A stretch of 64,000 nt of DNA from assembly GCA_963762115.1 (NCBI GenBank), contig CAVXJH010000006.1:384001-448000 (forward strand). The letters are read 5' to 3'. Below the pieces are notes generated by a model that was not told where the DNA came from, ran no database searches, and saw only the letters and a program-made list of their open reading frames with translations. A program made the position numbers and the translations under genes. Positions 35,589 through 45,636 of the stretch are shown in pieces (the first letter of the stretch is position 1; the number at the start of each line of letters is the position of its first letter). Source of the stretch: Candidatus Babeliales bacterium (lineage in GTDB: Bacteria; Babelota; Babeliae; Babelales; JANWKD01).

Positions 35589-35885
35589 ATGATTCATAAA
35601 TTAATATACACAGAGGCCGCCGAAACTCATTTATGGAATCTTAAAAATGATCTTTCAAAACAAAGAATCTTAAAAGATGTTATCAAGGCTTTACGTTATA
35701 TGGAAGCAAATTTACGCCATCCTTCTTTGAATACTCATGAATATCATAATCTTAAGGGGCCAAATGGAGAAAAAATATTTGAAGCATATGTACAACAAAA
35801 AACAGCAGGTGCTTATCGAATATTTTGGCATTATGGACCTGAAAAGCAAATGGTTACCATCATAGCCATATTGCCTCATCCATAA
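35589..35885 (+). CDS. RelE/ParE-fold toxin
   Basis: NLRHPSLNTHE, FEAYV, AYRIFWHYG, IIAILPHP; 3 nt after the antitoxin. Confidence 0.8.
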   Translation: MIHKLIYTEAAETHLWNLKNDLSKQRILKDVIKALRYMEANLRHPSLNTHEYHNLKGPNGEKIFEAYVQQKTAGAYRIFWHYGPEKQMVTIIAILPHP

Positions 35886-35933
35886 ATATTTATTAATTTA
35901 ACCTTTTTACTTTTTCCTTGGAGTGTGTTTTTC

Positions 35934-37856
35934 ATGAAAATAAATTCAAAAATTGCTGGTCTTTTTATAATTACTTTTGCAACAATCATAGTGAGTTATG
36001 CATCATTCAAAATGCATAATAAGGTGCCGTTGATACCTCGAACAGTTCTTTTTGGCAATCCTGAAAAATCCTATCCTTCACTTTCTCCTGATGGAATTTA
36101 TCTGGCATATTGTGCGCCAAATAAAGGGGTGATGAATATTTGGATCAGAACGGTGGGCAAAAATGATGATAAAGCTATTACTCATGAAACTAAACAGGGC
36201 ATTTATAGCTTTAGTTGGACGCCAAATGGTCAACAATTATTGTATGTTCGTGATAATGATGGTGATGAAAATTATCAGATATTGGCAGTTGATAGGGTAA
36301 CAGAGGACATAAAAAATTATACACTTTTTCCTGGCGTGAAAGCTCATATACTTCAAATTGATAAAGAGTATCCTTATGAAATTTTAGTGGAGATAAACAA
36401 GGAGAATCCAAAAGTTTTTGATGTATATCATCTTGATTTAAGAACTGGAGCTTTGACGTTAGTTGTAAAAAATCCTGGAACGTTTACCGAATGGATTGCT
36501 GGCAGTAATCTGCAAGTTTTAGGTGCTTTGCAAACAAACGCTGATGGCTCACAAGACTTATTTGTACGCGATAGTAATGATGATGAATGGAGGAAACTAG
36601 TATCAGTTAGTTTTGAAGATACGTTAGTTGATGAGATGCATTCAGGACTTTTAGGATTTAATAAAGATAATACAATTTTATATTTGAATAGCTCCTTAGG
36701 AACTAATACAAGAAGCCTCCAAGCCGTAAATGTAAAAACAGGTGAACGTATAATTATGGCACAAGATTCTGAATTTGATGTTGATTATGTAACATTTAAT
36801 GTGTTTACCTTTGAGCCTGAAATTGTCTGTTTTGAAAAAGAACGCTATGAATACAAAGTTCTTAATCCTACTCTTGAGAAAGATTTTGATCGAATACGAT
36901 CTATTTGTTCAGGTGATTTGGCAGCTATAAGAAAAACTAAAGATGGCAAAAAGGTATTACTCGGTTTTGTATTTGATAACAAATCAGTTGAATATTATGT
37001 ATATGATTTTTGCACAAAAGAATCTACATTTTTATTCTATCAACGTCCAGAACTCAATAAATATCAACTTGCGCCCATGGAACCAATCTCTTTTGTTGCG
37101 CGCGATGGATTAAAGATTCATGGTTATCTTACGTGTCCATTGAAAGTTAAAAAAGAAAATTTACCATTAGTGTTATATGTTCATGGTGGGCCATTTTATC
37201 GAGATAGTTGGGAATATAATTCAGTAGTTCAATTGTTGGCCAATCGAGGATGCGCGTGCTTACAAATTAATTTTCGTGGTTCAAGTGGGTATGGCAAAGC
37301 ATTTTTAGCTGCAGGCAATGGAGAATGGGGCGGTAAAATGCAAGATGATCTTGTTGATGGTGTTCAATGGGCAATTGATCAAGGCATTGCTGATCCAAAG
37401 AAAATGGCGATTTTTGGCGGTTCATATGGCGGGTATGCGGTGCTTGTTGGTGCAACATGTACGCCAGATCTTTTTTGTTGTGCTATAGATATGTGTGGAC
37501 CAAGTAATTTAACAACGGTTTTACAAACATTGCCGCCTTATTGGTCGTTAGCGCAATGGGAACAACGTATAGGAAAATTGAGTGATGAAGAGTTTCTTAA
37601 ATCGCGTTCGCCTTTATTTAAAACCGATCAAATAAAAATTCCAATGCTTATTGCGCATGGCGCTAATGATGTGCGAGTTAAACAGGCAGAATCAGAGCAG
37701 ATTGTTGCAGCCATGAAAGAAAAAGGTATTGATTATGAATACTTACTTTTTCCTGATGAAGGTCACGGTCTTGCTCGACCAGAAAATCGATTAAAATTTT
37801 ATGCACATGTTGAACAATTCTTAGCCAAACATCTTGGCACGCGTTTTGAACGATAA
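35934..37856 (+). CDS. S9 family peptidase (dipeptidyl aminopeptidase/acylaminoacyl peptidase)
   Basis: VHGGP, GGSYGGY nucleophile, DVRV, DEGHG; N-terminal beta-propeller. Confidence 0.93.
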   Translation: MKINSKIAGLFIITFATIIVSYASFKMHNKVPLIPRTVLFGNPEKSYPSLSPDGIYLAYCAPNKGVMNIWIRTVGKNDDKAITHETKQGIYSFSWTPNGQQLLYVRDNDGDENYQILAVDRVTEDIKNYTLFPGVKAHILQIDKEYPYEILVEINKENPKVFDVYHLDLRTGALTLVVKNPGTFTEWIAGSNLQVLGALQTNADGSQDLFVRDSNDDEWRKLVSVSFEDTLVDEMHSGLLGFNKDNTILYLNSSLGTNTRSLQAVNVKTGERIIMAQDSEFDVDYVTFNVFTFEPEIVCFEKERYEYKVLNPTLEKDFDRIRSICSGDLAAIRKTKDGKKVLLGFVFDNKSVEYYVYDFCTKESTFLFYQRPELNKYQLAPMEPISFVARDGLKIHGYLTCPLKVKKENLPLVLYVHGGPFYRDSWEYNSVVQLLANRGCACLQINFRGSSGYGKAFLAAGNGEWGGKMQDDLVDGVQWAIDQGIADPKKMAIFGGSYGGYAVLVGATCTPDLFCCAIDMCGPSNLTTVLQTLPPYWSLAQWEQRIGKLSDEEFLKSRSPLFKTDQIKIPMLIAHGANDVRVKQAESEQIVAAMKEKGIDYEYLLFPDEGHGLARPENRLKFYAHVEQFLAKHLGTRFER

Positions 37857-37876
37857 GGTACTTAATAGTAACAACA

Positions 37877-38527
37877 ATGCTAAAAAAACATTTTTTTTTA
37901 TTATTATTAACATTGCATTGTTCGGTGCAAGCGGTTAACAATAAACATGAAATTAATGATAACTCTCATGAAGTCGTTTGTAATAGAGTGTTAGTAGGAA
38001 GCTTCTACTCTGTCCTTGCTTTTGATGTTGCATTATTGTTATCAAGATCGCTTCAATCTTTTGTCTTTGGCAATGGAGCAGTTGATGTTGCAACTGAAAA
38101 TGGTGTTGGAAAAATTGCCAATGCCATTGATATGCAATCGACGCCAATAATAAAACAAGCTTATTCTGGTTGGCGTGGGATAGCAGGTGCAGTATTTTCT
38201 AATCATGATGTACTTTTTATTAGTTCTGGCTTAGATCAAATAAATCACTATGATGAAACATTCATACGAGAGATCAAGCAGGGTCTGATTAATATAGAAT
38301 ACAAGCGTGATCGTAATGTCCTTATTGCATCAGCAGCAATTCCAATCCTTATTTTTGGTGGTATTAAGGCCGCATCAAATCTCTTTGCAGAAAATGAGAT
38401 TGATAATAATCTTAAAAAGAGTGTTAATTATCTTTCTCAGAATTTCACGGCAAAAGCTCTTCTATCATTATTGAGTATTTATGCATTCATTAAAATACAA
38501 GATTATTGTTTGCATTCAGGTTGTTGA
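37877..38527 (+). CDS. Hypothetical membrane protein with signal peptide
   Basis: 216-aa ORF with signal peptide and hydrophobic segments. Confidence 0.6.
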   Translation: MLKKHFFLLLLTLHCSVQAVNNKHEINDNSHEVVCNRVLVGSFYSVLAFDVALLLSRSLQSFVFGNGAVDVATENGVGKIANAIDMQSTPIIKQAYSGWRGIAGAVFSNHDVLFISSGLDQINHYDETFIREIKQGLINIEYKRDRNVLIASAAIPILIFGGIKAASNLFAENEIDNNLKKSVNYLSQNFTAKALLSLLSIYAFIKIQDYCLHSGC

Positions 38528-38543
38528 CCAAAAAATGAGTATG

Positions 38544-39260
38544 TTAGTTGAGCATTCCAGGTTCTTTAATTTTATCAAGACACTCTTTTAGTTTTATTAG
38601 TATGGCATTTCTTTGTTCATGAAGATATTCTGCATTGTTCATTTGTTCAGCGCTATAAGTGAACCGTTTCATAGTTTCTATATCTTGCAGCGTTGAATAA
38701 GTATTTTCAGGTGATTGTTGTATTTTTAAGAAAGATGTAGCAATCCACAATAATTGTTCTGCGGCTAGATCTTTGGAGAAAGTATTATCTTGTTCTAAAA
38801 TAGTTGATGAGACATTCCATAATTCTCCAAATAGTTTTTTTGTTTCTGCACTGTATGCTTTGCCTATTTCTTGATAGGCTTTTTGTGATACTTCAACATA
38901 TATAGTATGAAGTTTTTCATGGCATGCTCTGATTTTGTTAAAATTGATCATTCCATCATGATGCGGTCTTGCTTTAAGCTGTTGCCAGGTTGCGCTTCCT
39001 TCTTGTAAAATTCCATAGGTTGATTGTGGGCATGCGCGCATTAGATAAATTGAATTAGGAATAATTTCTAAGGCAGGTTTTAAGTCTTCATCTGGAATAG
39101 GTGCATAAATACTGAGTAACTCTTCATGTATTTCTATTGTTTCTTGAGCATGAGCCGCGCTTTTTTCGCCTTTGATTATATCATTTATTGAAAAGTTATG
39201 CATTGATTGTGATTGAAATATTGTTTGTAATACTAGCAAAAGTATAATGCATTTTTTCAT
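38544..39260 (-). CDS. Secreted helical orphan (SQS-MH motif)
   Basis: AGGA RBS; MKKCIILLLVLQTIFQSQS-MH. Confidence 0.65.
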   Translation of the reverse strand: MKKCIILLLVLQTIFQSQSMHNFSINDIIKGEKSAAHAQETIEIHEELLSIYAPIPDEDLKPALEIIPNSIYLMRACPQSTYGILQEGSATWQQLKARPHHDGMINFNKIRACHEKLHTIYVEVSQKAYQEIGKAYSAETKKLFGELWNVSSTILEQDNTFSKDLAAEQLLWIATSFLKIQQSPENTYSTLQDIETMKRFTYSAEQMNNAEYLHEQRNAILIKLKECLDKIKEPGMLN

Positions 39261-39434
39261 AACATGTTCCTAAAATTGCAATTGGTATCGATTATATTTT
39301 GATTGCGATTGTACCATCTTTATTTAACATTGTTAAATAAAAAATCGTTATTCTTGAGAAAAAATATAATTAATTATTATGGTAACACAGAGTTGAATAT
39401 ACCTTTTATAATTCTTTATTTTCTGGGAATTGCA

Positions 39435-41057
39435 ATGTCACATTCTAAAAACATAGTTTTTATAACGTTATTATTAAGCGGAGTTGTTATGGAAAGAATT
39501 ATGGGTGCAAGTACGGTGCGTGGTGATATTCATGTCTCTTATTATGGAAAGACGGTTGATGATTTAATGATTGAATATATGGAGAAAAACAATATTCCTG
39601 GTATGTCATTAGCAATTGTGCAAGCGCCCTATATTCCCCGTGTTGTTGCTTATGGCATTTCTGATAAAGAAGCTAAACGATTAGCAGCAACAAATACTGT
39701 TTTTAATATTGGGCAAATGACTAATGCTTTCACTGGTGTTGCCATCATGCAATTAAAGGGAGAAGGCAAACTTAGTTTAGAAGATTCGATTATGAAGTAC
39801 TTACCGGAAGTTCCAAAAAAATGGGCAGAAATTTCAATTCGTGATTTGATAACGCACACTTCAGGATTGCCAAGTTATACTGAAATGCCTGGTTTTGATT
39901 ATAGTAAGGAATATACGCCATTGCAGATTATTGCATTGGTTAAAGATCAAGATTTGTTATTTGAACCAGGAACTCAAGCATATGCAAGTGCAACTGATCA
40001 CTATCTGTTAGGTCTTATCATTGAAAAAGTTAGTGGCATGCCTTATGAAGAGTATGTAACAAAAAATCAAATTGAGCGTGTTGGCTTGAAAGATACTTTT
40101 TTTATTTCAAATCAAGATACCATCCAAAATGAAGTTAATAATGGTTCAAAACCATTTAAGCATAGTGAATTTTTGCATAATTCCATTTTTATTAATCCAA
40201 CAGAATTGGCAACAGGGTATGGTGAATCTGATGGGAAACTTAATCCAAGCAAAAAATGTAGTTGGTCTGCAACCTTTGCCGATAGTGGTATGATTGCTTC
40301 CAGCCAAGATATTAGTATGTGGGATATTTCGTTAGCGGGGGATATTTTAGTCAAAGATGCCAAAGATAGAGAGTTTTTATATAGTCCCGTGAAATTAAAA
40401 AATGGTCAAATAATACCGGGCAATGCCGGATGGTTTTTCCCCGGTCATAAAGGTCTCATGGAAATAAAGGGAAATATTCCCGGATATTCATCATTTTTGA
40501 GTCGTTTTACTGATCCTAAAGAACTATTATGTGTTACGTTATTGGCTAATAAAGAAAATTTGGCTGACTTAGATATTTTGGCGCGTAAAATTGCAGCTGC
40601 TTTTGAGTCATCTCTTGCAACACCTCGAAGTTCAGCATGGTCAGTTACTATGCAGAGTCCTTATTCGGTTGAAAAAACATTAGACCGTGTGGTTGAGTTT
40701 GTCAAAGCACATGGTGGCGCGGTGTTTGCGCGTATTGATCATGCACAAGAAGCGGCAAAAGCTGATCAAAAATTACAACCAACTCAAGTGTTGATAGTGG
40801 GAAACCCTGCTCAAGGAACTGCTATGATGCAAGCAACGCCGCAAATGGCATTGGATTTGCCGTTGCGCATTATGGCAACGCAAGATGCTTCTAATAAAGT
40901 ATGGTTAAGTTTCACTGATCCGATTGTTCTTGCACGAGAATATGGCAATGATGATCTGCAGCATAAAGAACATTTAAAGAAGATACATAATGCATTGCTT
41001 AAAGCATGCCAAGCGGCAATATTACCTTATTCTAGCGTTCCTCAAAAAAGTGTATAA
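39435..41057 (+). CDS. Beta-lactamase/serine hydrolase-fold protein fused to DUF302; catalytic motifs degenerate
   Basis: IPGMSLAI, LITHTSGL, LLFEPG; SxxK position reads GQMTN; C-terminal VFARIDH..GNP..GT..LDLPLR. Confidence 0.85.
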   Translation: MSHSKNIVFITLLLSGVVMERIMGASTVRGDIHVSYYGKTVDDLMIEYMEKNNIPGMSLAIVQAPYIPRVVAYGISDKEAKRLAATNTVFNIGQMTNAFTGVAIMQLKGEGKLSLEDSIMKYLPEVPKKWAEISIRDLITHTSGLPSYTEMPGFDYSKEYTPLQIIALVKDQDLLFEPGTQAYASATDHYLLGLIIEKVSGMPYEEYVTKNQIERVGLKDTFFISNQDTIQNEVNNGSKPFKHSEFLHNSIFINPTELATGYGESDGKLNPSKKCSWSATFADSGMIASSQDISMWDISLAGDILVKDAKDREFLYSPVKLKNGQIIPGNAGWFFPGHKGLMEIKGNIPGYSSFLSRFTDPKELLCVTLLANKENLADLDILARKIAAAFESSLATPRSSAWSVTMQSPYSVEKTLDRVVEFVKAHGGAVFARIDHAQEAAKADQKLQPTQVLIVGNPAQGTAMMQATPQMALDLPLRIMATQDASNKVWLSFTDPIVLAREYGNDDLQHKEHLKKIHNALLKACQAAILPYSSVPQKSV

Positions 41058-41068
41058 AACGAGTAAGG

Positions 41069-42034
41069 TTATTTTTTCCATCGCCAAATAGTTTTAGCAA
41101 TTAATTCAGGTGCTTGCAAAAGAATGGAAAGATGTTTTGCATGAGGGATAATTTCTGCTATGGAATTCTCTTTTTTATATTCCACTATTTTTTCAGATAA
41201 AAATTGTTCATCATCTTGTCCGATATAGATTGCAAAAGGTTTGTTCAGTTGAGCAAATAAATAGTGTATGTCGTAGGGAGTTGTTGCACATGACATTGCA
41301 TAGGAATATGAAGAGACGATAAGAGGATCTTCATCAAGTAACAATGGTGGATAATTAAAGAATACTGCATGGATATGCCGTAAAAAATTCCATGAAATTA
41401 GATTATTAATAATATAAACCCAAATGCGAGCTTTTTTTACAAAATTTTGTTTTGGATTTTTGTGTTCTTTTAAGGTGCCAGATTGAGGACCTAGATAAGG
41501 AGCTAAAAAAATGTAGCCGCTAATATCTTTTGCGTTTTTTCCATACGCATTATAATTTATTAACAATCCACTGCCCGATGAATGGCCCGCAAGATATAAG
41601 GGAAGATTTGGATATTTATTTTTTATTTTTTCAACAATGGTATCAACATCCTGCCATACTTGTTCAATTGTCGGCGTATCACCTCGAGGGCCATTTGAAT
41701 TTCCATGGCCACGAATATCGATCATGTAACAAGCAATATTGTATTTTTGTTGTAATTCTGTAGCAACCCATTGATGTGATTTATTTGTATATAATCCAGC
41801 ACCATGATAAAAAATAACAATGGCAGTAGGATTTTGTGGGATAAAAGGATAATACGCTAAAAATGTACCATCGGAAGCCCCTAAAAAACGTGGTTCTTGT
41901 GGTTCGATTGGTGCAATAGTTTGTAATTCATCAAAACTAAATGGGCCCATCTCATCTTCAGCATAATACGCATTTAAGTCATAAAAAAATAGTATTGTTA
42001 ATAAGAGTGTGATTGTGTAATTTGTTTTTTTCAT
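41069..42034 (-). CDS. Secreted alpha/beta hydrolase (lysophospholipase-like)
   Basis: YHGAG, DIRGHGNS, GHSSG nucleophile elbow, Asp and His candidates. Confidence 0.88.
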   Translation of the reverse strand: MKKTNYTITLLLTILFFYDLNAYYAEDEMGPFSFDELQTIAPIEPQEPRFLGASDGTFLAYYPFIPQNPTAIVIFYHGAGLYTNKSHQWVATELQQKYNIACYMIDIRGHGNSNGPRGDTPTIEQVWQDVDTIVEKIKNKYPNLPLYLAGHSSGSGLLINYNAYGKNAKDISGYIFLAPYLGPQSGTLKEHKNPKQNFVKKARIWVYIINNLISWNFLRHIHAVFFNYPPLLLDEDPLIVSSYSYAMSCATTPYDIHYLFAQLNKPFAIYIGQDDEQFLSEKIVEYKKENSIAEIIPHAKHLSILLQAPELIAKTIWRWKK

Positions 42035-42170
42035 TTGTAATAATAATTAATATTTTTGAAAATTAAATTTAAGTTTAGTCTATCTATTTTTTCTTTCTAA
42101 ATCAAATTATTTTCTTGTTATCATCGGTGTTTTTGTATTAAAGTATTGTTGTTCACTATAAAATAAAAAG

Positions 42171-42294
42171 ATGATTCGAAGTATAAAGAACATTTAAAGA
42201 AGATACATAATGCACTGCTTAAAGCGTGCCAAGCAGCAATATTACCTTATTCTGGAGTTCCTCAGAAAAGTGTATAAAACTATAGTAAGGTTAT
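42171..42294 (+). repeat. Direct repeat of the 3' end of the serine hydrolase-DUF302 gene (40951-41072)
   Basis: 42183-42280 vs 40963-41060: 92/98 identical, including the stop codon. Confidence 0.9.
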
Positions 42295-42320
42295 CATTAT
42301 TACTTTGAAAGGTAAGAATT

Positions 42321-42545
42321 ATGAATCAAGCTAGGATGCTTTCAATGATTTTGTTGTTCGGCATGGTGTATAATGTTTCTTATTGCATGAACAAGGGATC
42401 TGATGTTGATGCATATAATCGAAAATTATTAAAAAAGAAACAACCAGCTCAAGTTATAGACAATCAAGAAGACATAGCTGAAATACTTATGAGCTTAAGT
42501 CAGCGTGAAAATAAAGGTAAACAGACTAGCAAGCAAACAAAATGA
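42321..42545 (+). CDS. Small secreted orphan (SYC-MN motif)
   Basis: Signal peptide followed by a ~50-aa mature part. Confidence 0.55.
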   Translation: MNQARMLSMILLFGMVYNVSYCMNKGSDVDAYNRKLLKKKQPAQVIDNQEDIAEILMSLSQRENKGKQTSKQTK

Positions 42546-42579
42546 TATCTATGTTTTATAAAAATAAAAAAGGATAAAA

Positions 42580-42966
42580 ATGGAAAAAGATCATATCAAA
42601 GCATGTAATACGTGCATTCTTGCTTGTGAAGCATCACTTGCGGCGTGTAAAAAAATTTCTGAGCAAACACAGAATCAACAATTAGAACAAACATATACGC
42701 AAATATTTCAAGAGAGCGTAACGGCTTGTCAAGATTGCATTAATGATTGCAGAAAACATTTAAAAGAATGTAAAGATCCTGAGTGTATTGAAGTAACCCA
42801 GGCGTGTATTCGTGTGTGTGAACAATGCCTTGATGCTTGTGATAAATCAGCAGATCTTTGTGATGTGCTTGATGAAAAATGTGTTGATTCATGTCAAAGG
42901 ACAAAAGATGTTTGTCGAGAATGTATCCAAGCTTGTGATGCATGTATCGAACATTCTTGTTGTTAA
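42580..42966 (+). CDS. Cys-rich four-helix-bundle copper storage protein (Csp3/DUF326-like)
   Basis: 22 Cys in CxxC/CxxxC helical spacing; no signal peptide; AAGGA RBS. Confidence 0.75.
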   Translation: MEKDHIKACNTCILACEASLAACKKISEQTQNQQLEQTYTQIFQESVTACQDCINDCRKHLKECKDPECIEVTQACIRVCEQCLDACDKSADLCDVLDEKCVDSCQRTKDVCRECIQACDACIEHSCC

Positions 42967-43070
42967 GAAGATTTGATTTATAAAGACTAAACATAATTGA
43001 TTTTTTTGAAAATAAATTTAAACTAAAAAAACAATGTATTAATACTATATATTTAGGGAAAAAATCAACT

Positions 43071-43319
43071 ATGAAAACATATTTTTATCTTTCTTTTTTT
43101 GCATTGATGTTTTTTGTTGCAAAAAATAATGCGATGTCTCTTGAAGAGCAAATGAGGAATCCTGTTATAAGACAATATATTCAAGATCCAAAAGATCATG
43201 TAAATTATCCTCAATGTTTGTTTGAAGCATTAGGTTATAATCCTGATCAATACCGTTCTGCTCTTAATCAATCATGCGAAAAATGTCACAGATTGGTGTT
43301 AGAATCTAAAAGAAAATAA
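43071..43319 (+). CDS. Small secreted orphan (NNA-MS motif)
   Basis: MKTYFYLSFFALMFFVAKNNA-MS; contains a CEKCH sequence. Confidence 0.55.
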   Translation: MKTYFYLSFFALMFFVAKNNAMSLEEQMRNPVIRQYIQDPKDHVNYPQCLFEALGYNPDQYRSALNQSCEKCHRLVLESKRK

Positions 43320-43339
43320 CATATATTCGAATAATAAAA

Positions 43340-43378
43340 AAAGCCCTCTTATGTTTTTGGAAAGCATATGAGGGCTTT
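43340..43378. terminator. Bidirectional terminator
   Basis: AAAGCCCTC..ATG...CAT..GAGGGCTTT between convergent genes. Confidence 0.7.
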
Positions 43379-43393
43379 ATAATTTTAAATATA

Positions 43394-43990
43394 TTATGCT
43401 TTATGCGTAGGTAAAGATATCATCTTTTTTGCTGCAAGCGACAACATAATCCATGTCCACCCAGTAAAAATCGTATCAATGCCAACAAACATACCAATGA
43501 CCCAAAGTCCTGAATAAGGCCATTGTTTCCAAATGAGAACGCCAAGCACTAAGGTGAGAACACCATTTAGTACTAACCAAAATTTGTGGGGAATATGTTT
43601 GGCAAAAGCAAAAATTATTTTTAAAATGCCAGAAACAACAAAGAATATCGCTAGAAATAAGGTAAGGTTTATGGCATTGACGGTGGGATCCATAACCATA
43701 AAGAATCCACCCACAATAAATAAGATGCCCAATATGAGATGTAAAAAAAAGAGGCTCCAACGACTCATTTTGAACGCCTGAAATGCTTCAAAACCGCCGA
43801 CAGTCATGAGTAATAGGCCAAGATAGATTACTGAGAACACTGTTGAGGTGTAAGCAAAAATCATTGCTAACGTTCCTAATACCACCAAGCCGATGCCAAG
43901 TAATAAATACCATGTTGAATTTTCTTTAAGTTGTGCAATGCATTGAGGATTTATTTCAAAATCTAATTTATTATTGTGGTGATTCATCAT
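43394..43990 (-). CDS. hdeD: HdeD/DUF308 family membrane protein
   Basis: WYLLLGIGLVVLG, WPYSGLWVIGMFVGIDTIFTGW; AAGGAG RBS before ATG 43990. Confidence 0.85.
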   Translation of the reverse strand: MMNHHNNKLDFEINPQCIAQLKENSTWYLLLGIGLVVLGTLAMIFAYTSTVFSVIYLGLLLMTVGGFEAFQAFKMSRWSLFFLHLILGILFIVGGFFMVMDPTVNAINLTLFLAIFFVVSGILKIIFAFAKHIPHKFWLVLNGVLTLVLGVLIWKQWPYSGLWVIGMFVGIDTIFTGWTWIMLSLAAKKMISLPTHKA

Positions 43991-44176
43991 ATTTATGCTC
44001 CTTTGGGTAGGTAAAAAAAGATTATGAAATAATGGTAAAAAAAATTCTTTTTTATTAGCAAGACATTTGATGTAATGTTTTTTATTATTTTTTTTTCTTC
44101 TATTAACTTTTGTGGTATCATGCATTGGATTAAAAAATTAATACTCTATTCGATTTCTATCTGGAAGGATTTGCTG

Positions 44177-45628
44177 ATGATTGTAATGAAACGAATTGTG
44201 CCATTTTTATTATTGATAGTAAGTTTACATAAAGTAAATGGTTATCTTGATGAAAATGGTGTGCCAAAAGAAGGCATATTTGGGTATCGAGGGATTCAGA
44301 AAAATTTGTATTGTTTAATTACTGTTGATTGGTCTCGTGAAAAAAAGATGCTTGAAGCATTTGATAATGTTCTCAAACCTGATAATGCAGATAAAGCTGA
44401 AGATTTAAAAACATTTAAAGAGAAGTTTTACCCTGAAGATTGTGGGCGTCATCCTCGTTTGGTTCAACAAGCACTTGAAAGCAATCGATCAGATTTAATA
44501 GAGTTTATGAAAGAAAAAGGCTTAAATATAAAAAGTACTTTTCAAGAACATTGTGTTGATAAAGCTGAACAAAAAACTGAATTTTTGAAACATCCGTTGC
44601 ATGCCATTGTGCAAAAGCACGGTAATCAAGGTGTTGCTTTAGTGAGTCTGATGATTAGATTAGGTTTTGATCCTAAATTAAAAGATGCTCAAGGAAATAC
44701 CTTATTTCATAATGCTGCAGAAAAAAAATCTGTGAAGATTATTCAGGCATTAAAAGAAAAGATCAATGTTAACGAAAGAAATAAACAAGGCAAAACAGCG
44801 TTTCTTATTGCTATTGAAAAATGCGATCAACAAGCTATCGATGAACTTGTTGCACAAGGTGCCTATAGTTGTCTGCAAGATGCTAAAGGCAATACATCAG
44901 TGCACGATGCCGCGGCATATGCAAATTCTACTGGCTTGAAATATTTAGAGGAATTAGCAAAAACTAAAGATTTTGACCCTAATGTAGCGAATGCTGAAGG
45001 TGAAACGCCGTTATTTGTTGCAACAAAGAATAAGAATAAAGATGGTGCGGCTTTTTTAATAGCTAAAGGCGCGAAAACTGGTCATAAAAACAATCAAGAA
45101 GATACTCCTCTTCATATTGTGGCTCGCTTACAACCACCGTCAGCGTATGAGGCTCTTTTTGAAGAATTGTTAAAATCTATGGATTTTGATGATGAGATTG
45201 TTGATACCAAAGGTAAGAAAGTGTTTGATATCAATAATGAACAAGAAGAATGTTATTGTAACCCACCAAAAATAGGGACAATATTAACATCAAAAGAATT
45301 TACAAAACGAAAAGAAGAATGTTCAATTATTGGCAATCGCAAAGAGAAGTTTAAAGAACGCTGTAAAGATAAATATAAAAAATATCTTTATCAAGTTAAT
45401 GAGGAACAAAATGCAGAAACCTCTCGCAAGAATCAAGAAGATTTAGAATTAGTTAGAAAGCAAAATGAAGAGAAAAAAAGAGAAGCTGAGGCAACATTGG
45501 CAAGATTTCAAATGTTAGAAGCTGATACTCAAATATTAGAAAAAAAAGAATCTGAAATAATTAACAAAAATGAAGAATTTGAAAAAACTAAAAATGATCA
45601 AGTTGAAGAATTAGTAAAAAGTATTTAA
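44177..45628 (+). CDS. Secreted ankyrin-repeat protein with C-terminal coiled coil
   Basis: GNTLFHNAA, GKTAFLIA, GETPLFVA, DTPLHIVA; E/K-rich tail. Confidence 0.85.
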   Translation: MIVMKRIVPFLLLIVSLHKVNGYLDENGVPKEGIFGYRGIQKNLYCLITVDWSREKKMLEAFDNVLKPDNADKAEDLKTFKEKFYPEDCGRHPRLVQQALESNRSDLIEFMKEKGLNIKSTFQEHCVDKAEQKTEFLKHPLHAIVQKHGNQGVALVSLMIRLGFDPKLKDAQGNTLFHNAAEKKSVKIIQALKEKINVNERNKQGKTAFLIAIEKCDQQAIDELVAQGAYSCLQDAKGNTSVHDAAAYANSTGLKYLEELAKTKDFDPNVANAEGETPLFVATKNKNKDGAAFLIAKGAKTGHKNNQEDTPLHIVARLQPPSAYEALFEELLKSMDFDDEIVDTKGKKVFDINNEQEECYCNPPKIGTILTSKEFTKRKEECSIIGNRKEKFKERCKDKYKKYLYQVNEEQNAETSRKNQEDLELVRKQNEEKKREAEATLARFQMLEADTQILEKKESEIINKNEEFEKTKNDQVEELVKSI

Positions 45629-45636
45629 AGCTAACA

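Noticed and set aside
42950..42966. Terminal CC as a Rab-type prenylation signal
   Set aside because: The protein is Cys-rich throughout and has no export signal
43071..43319. c-type cytochrome from CEKCH
   Set aside because: The motif lies near the C-terminus with no clear distal ligand, and no maturation genes are in view; cannot be supported
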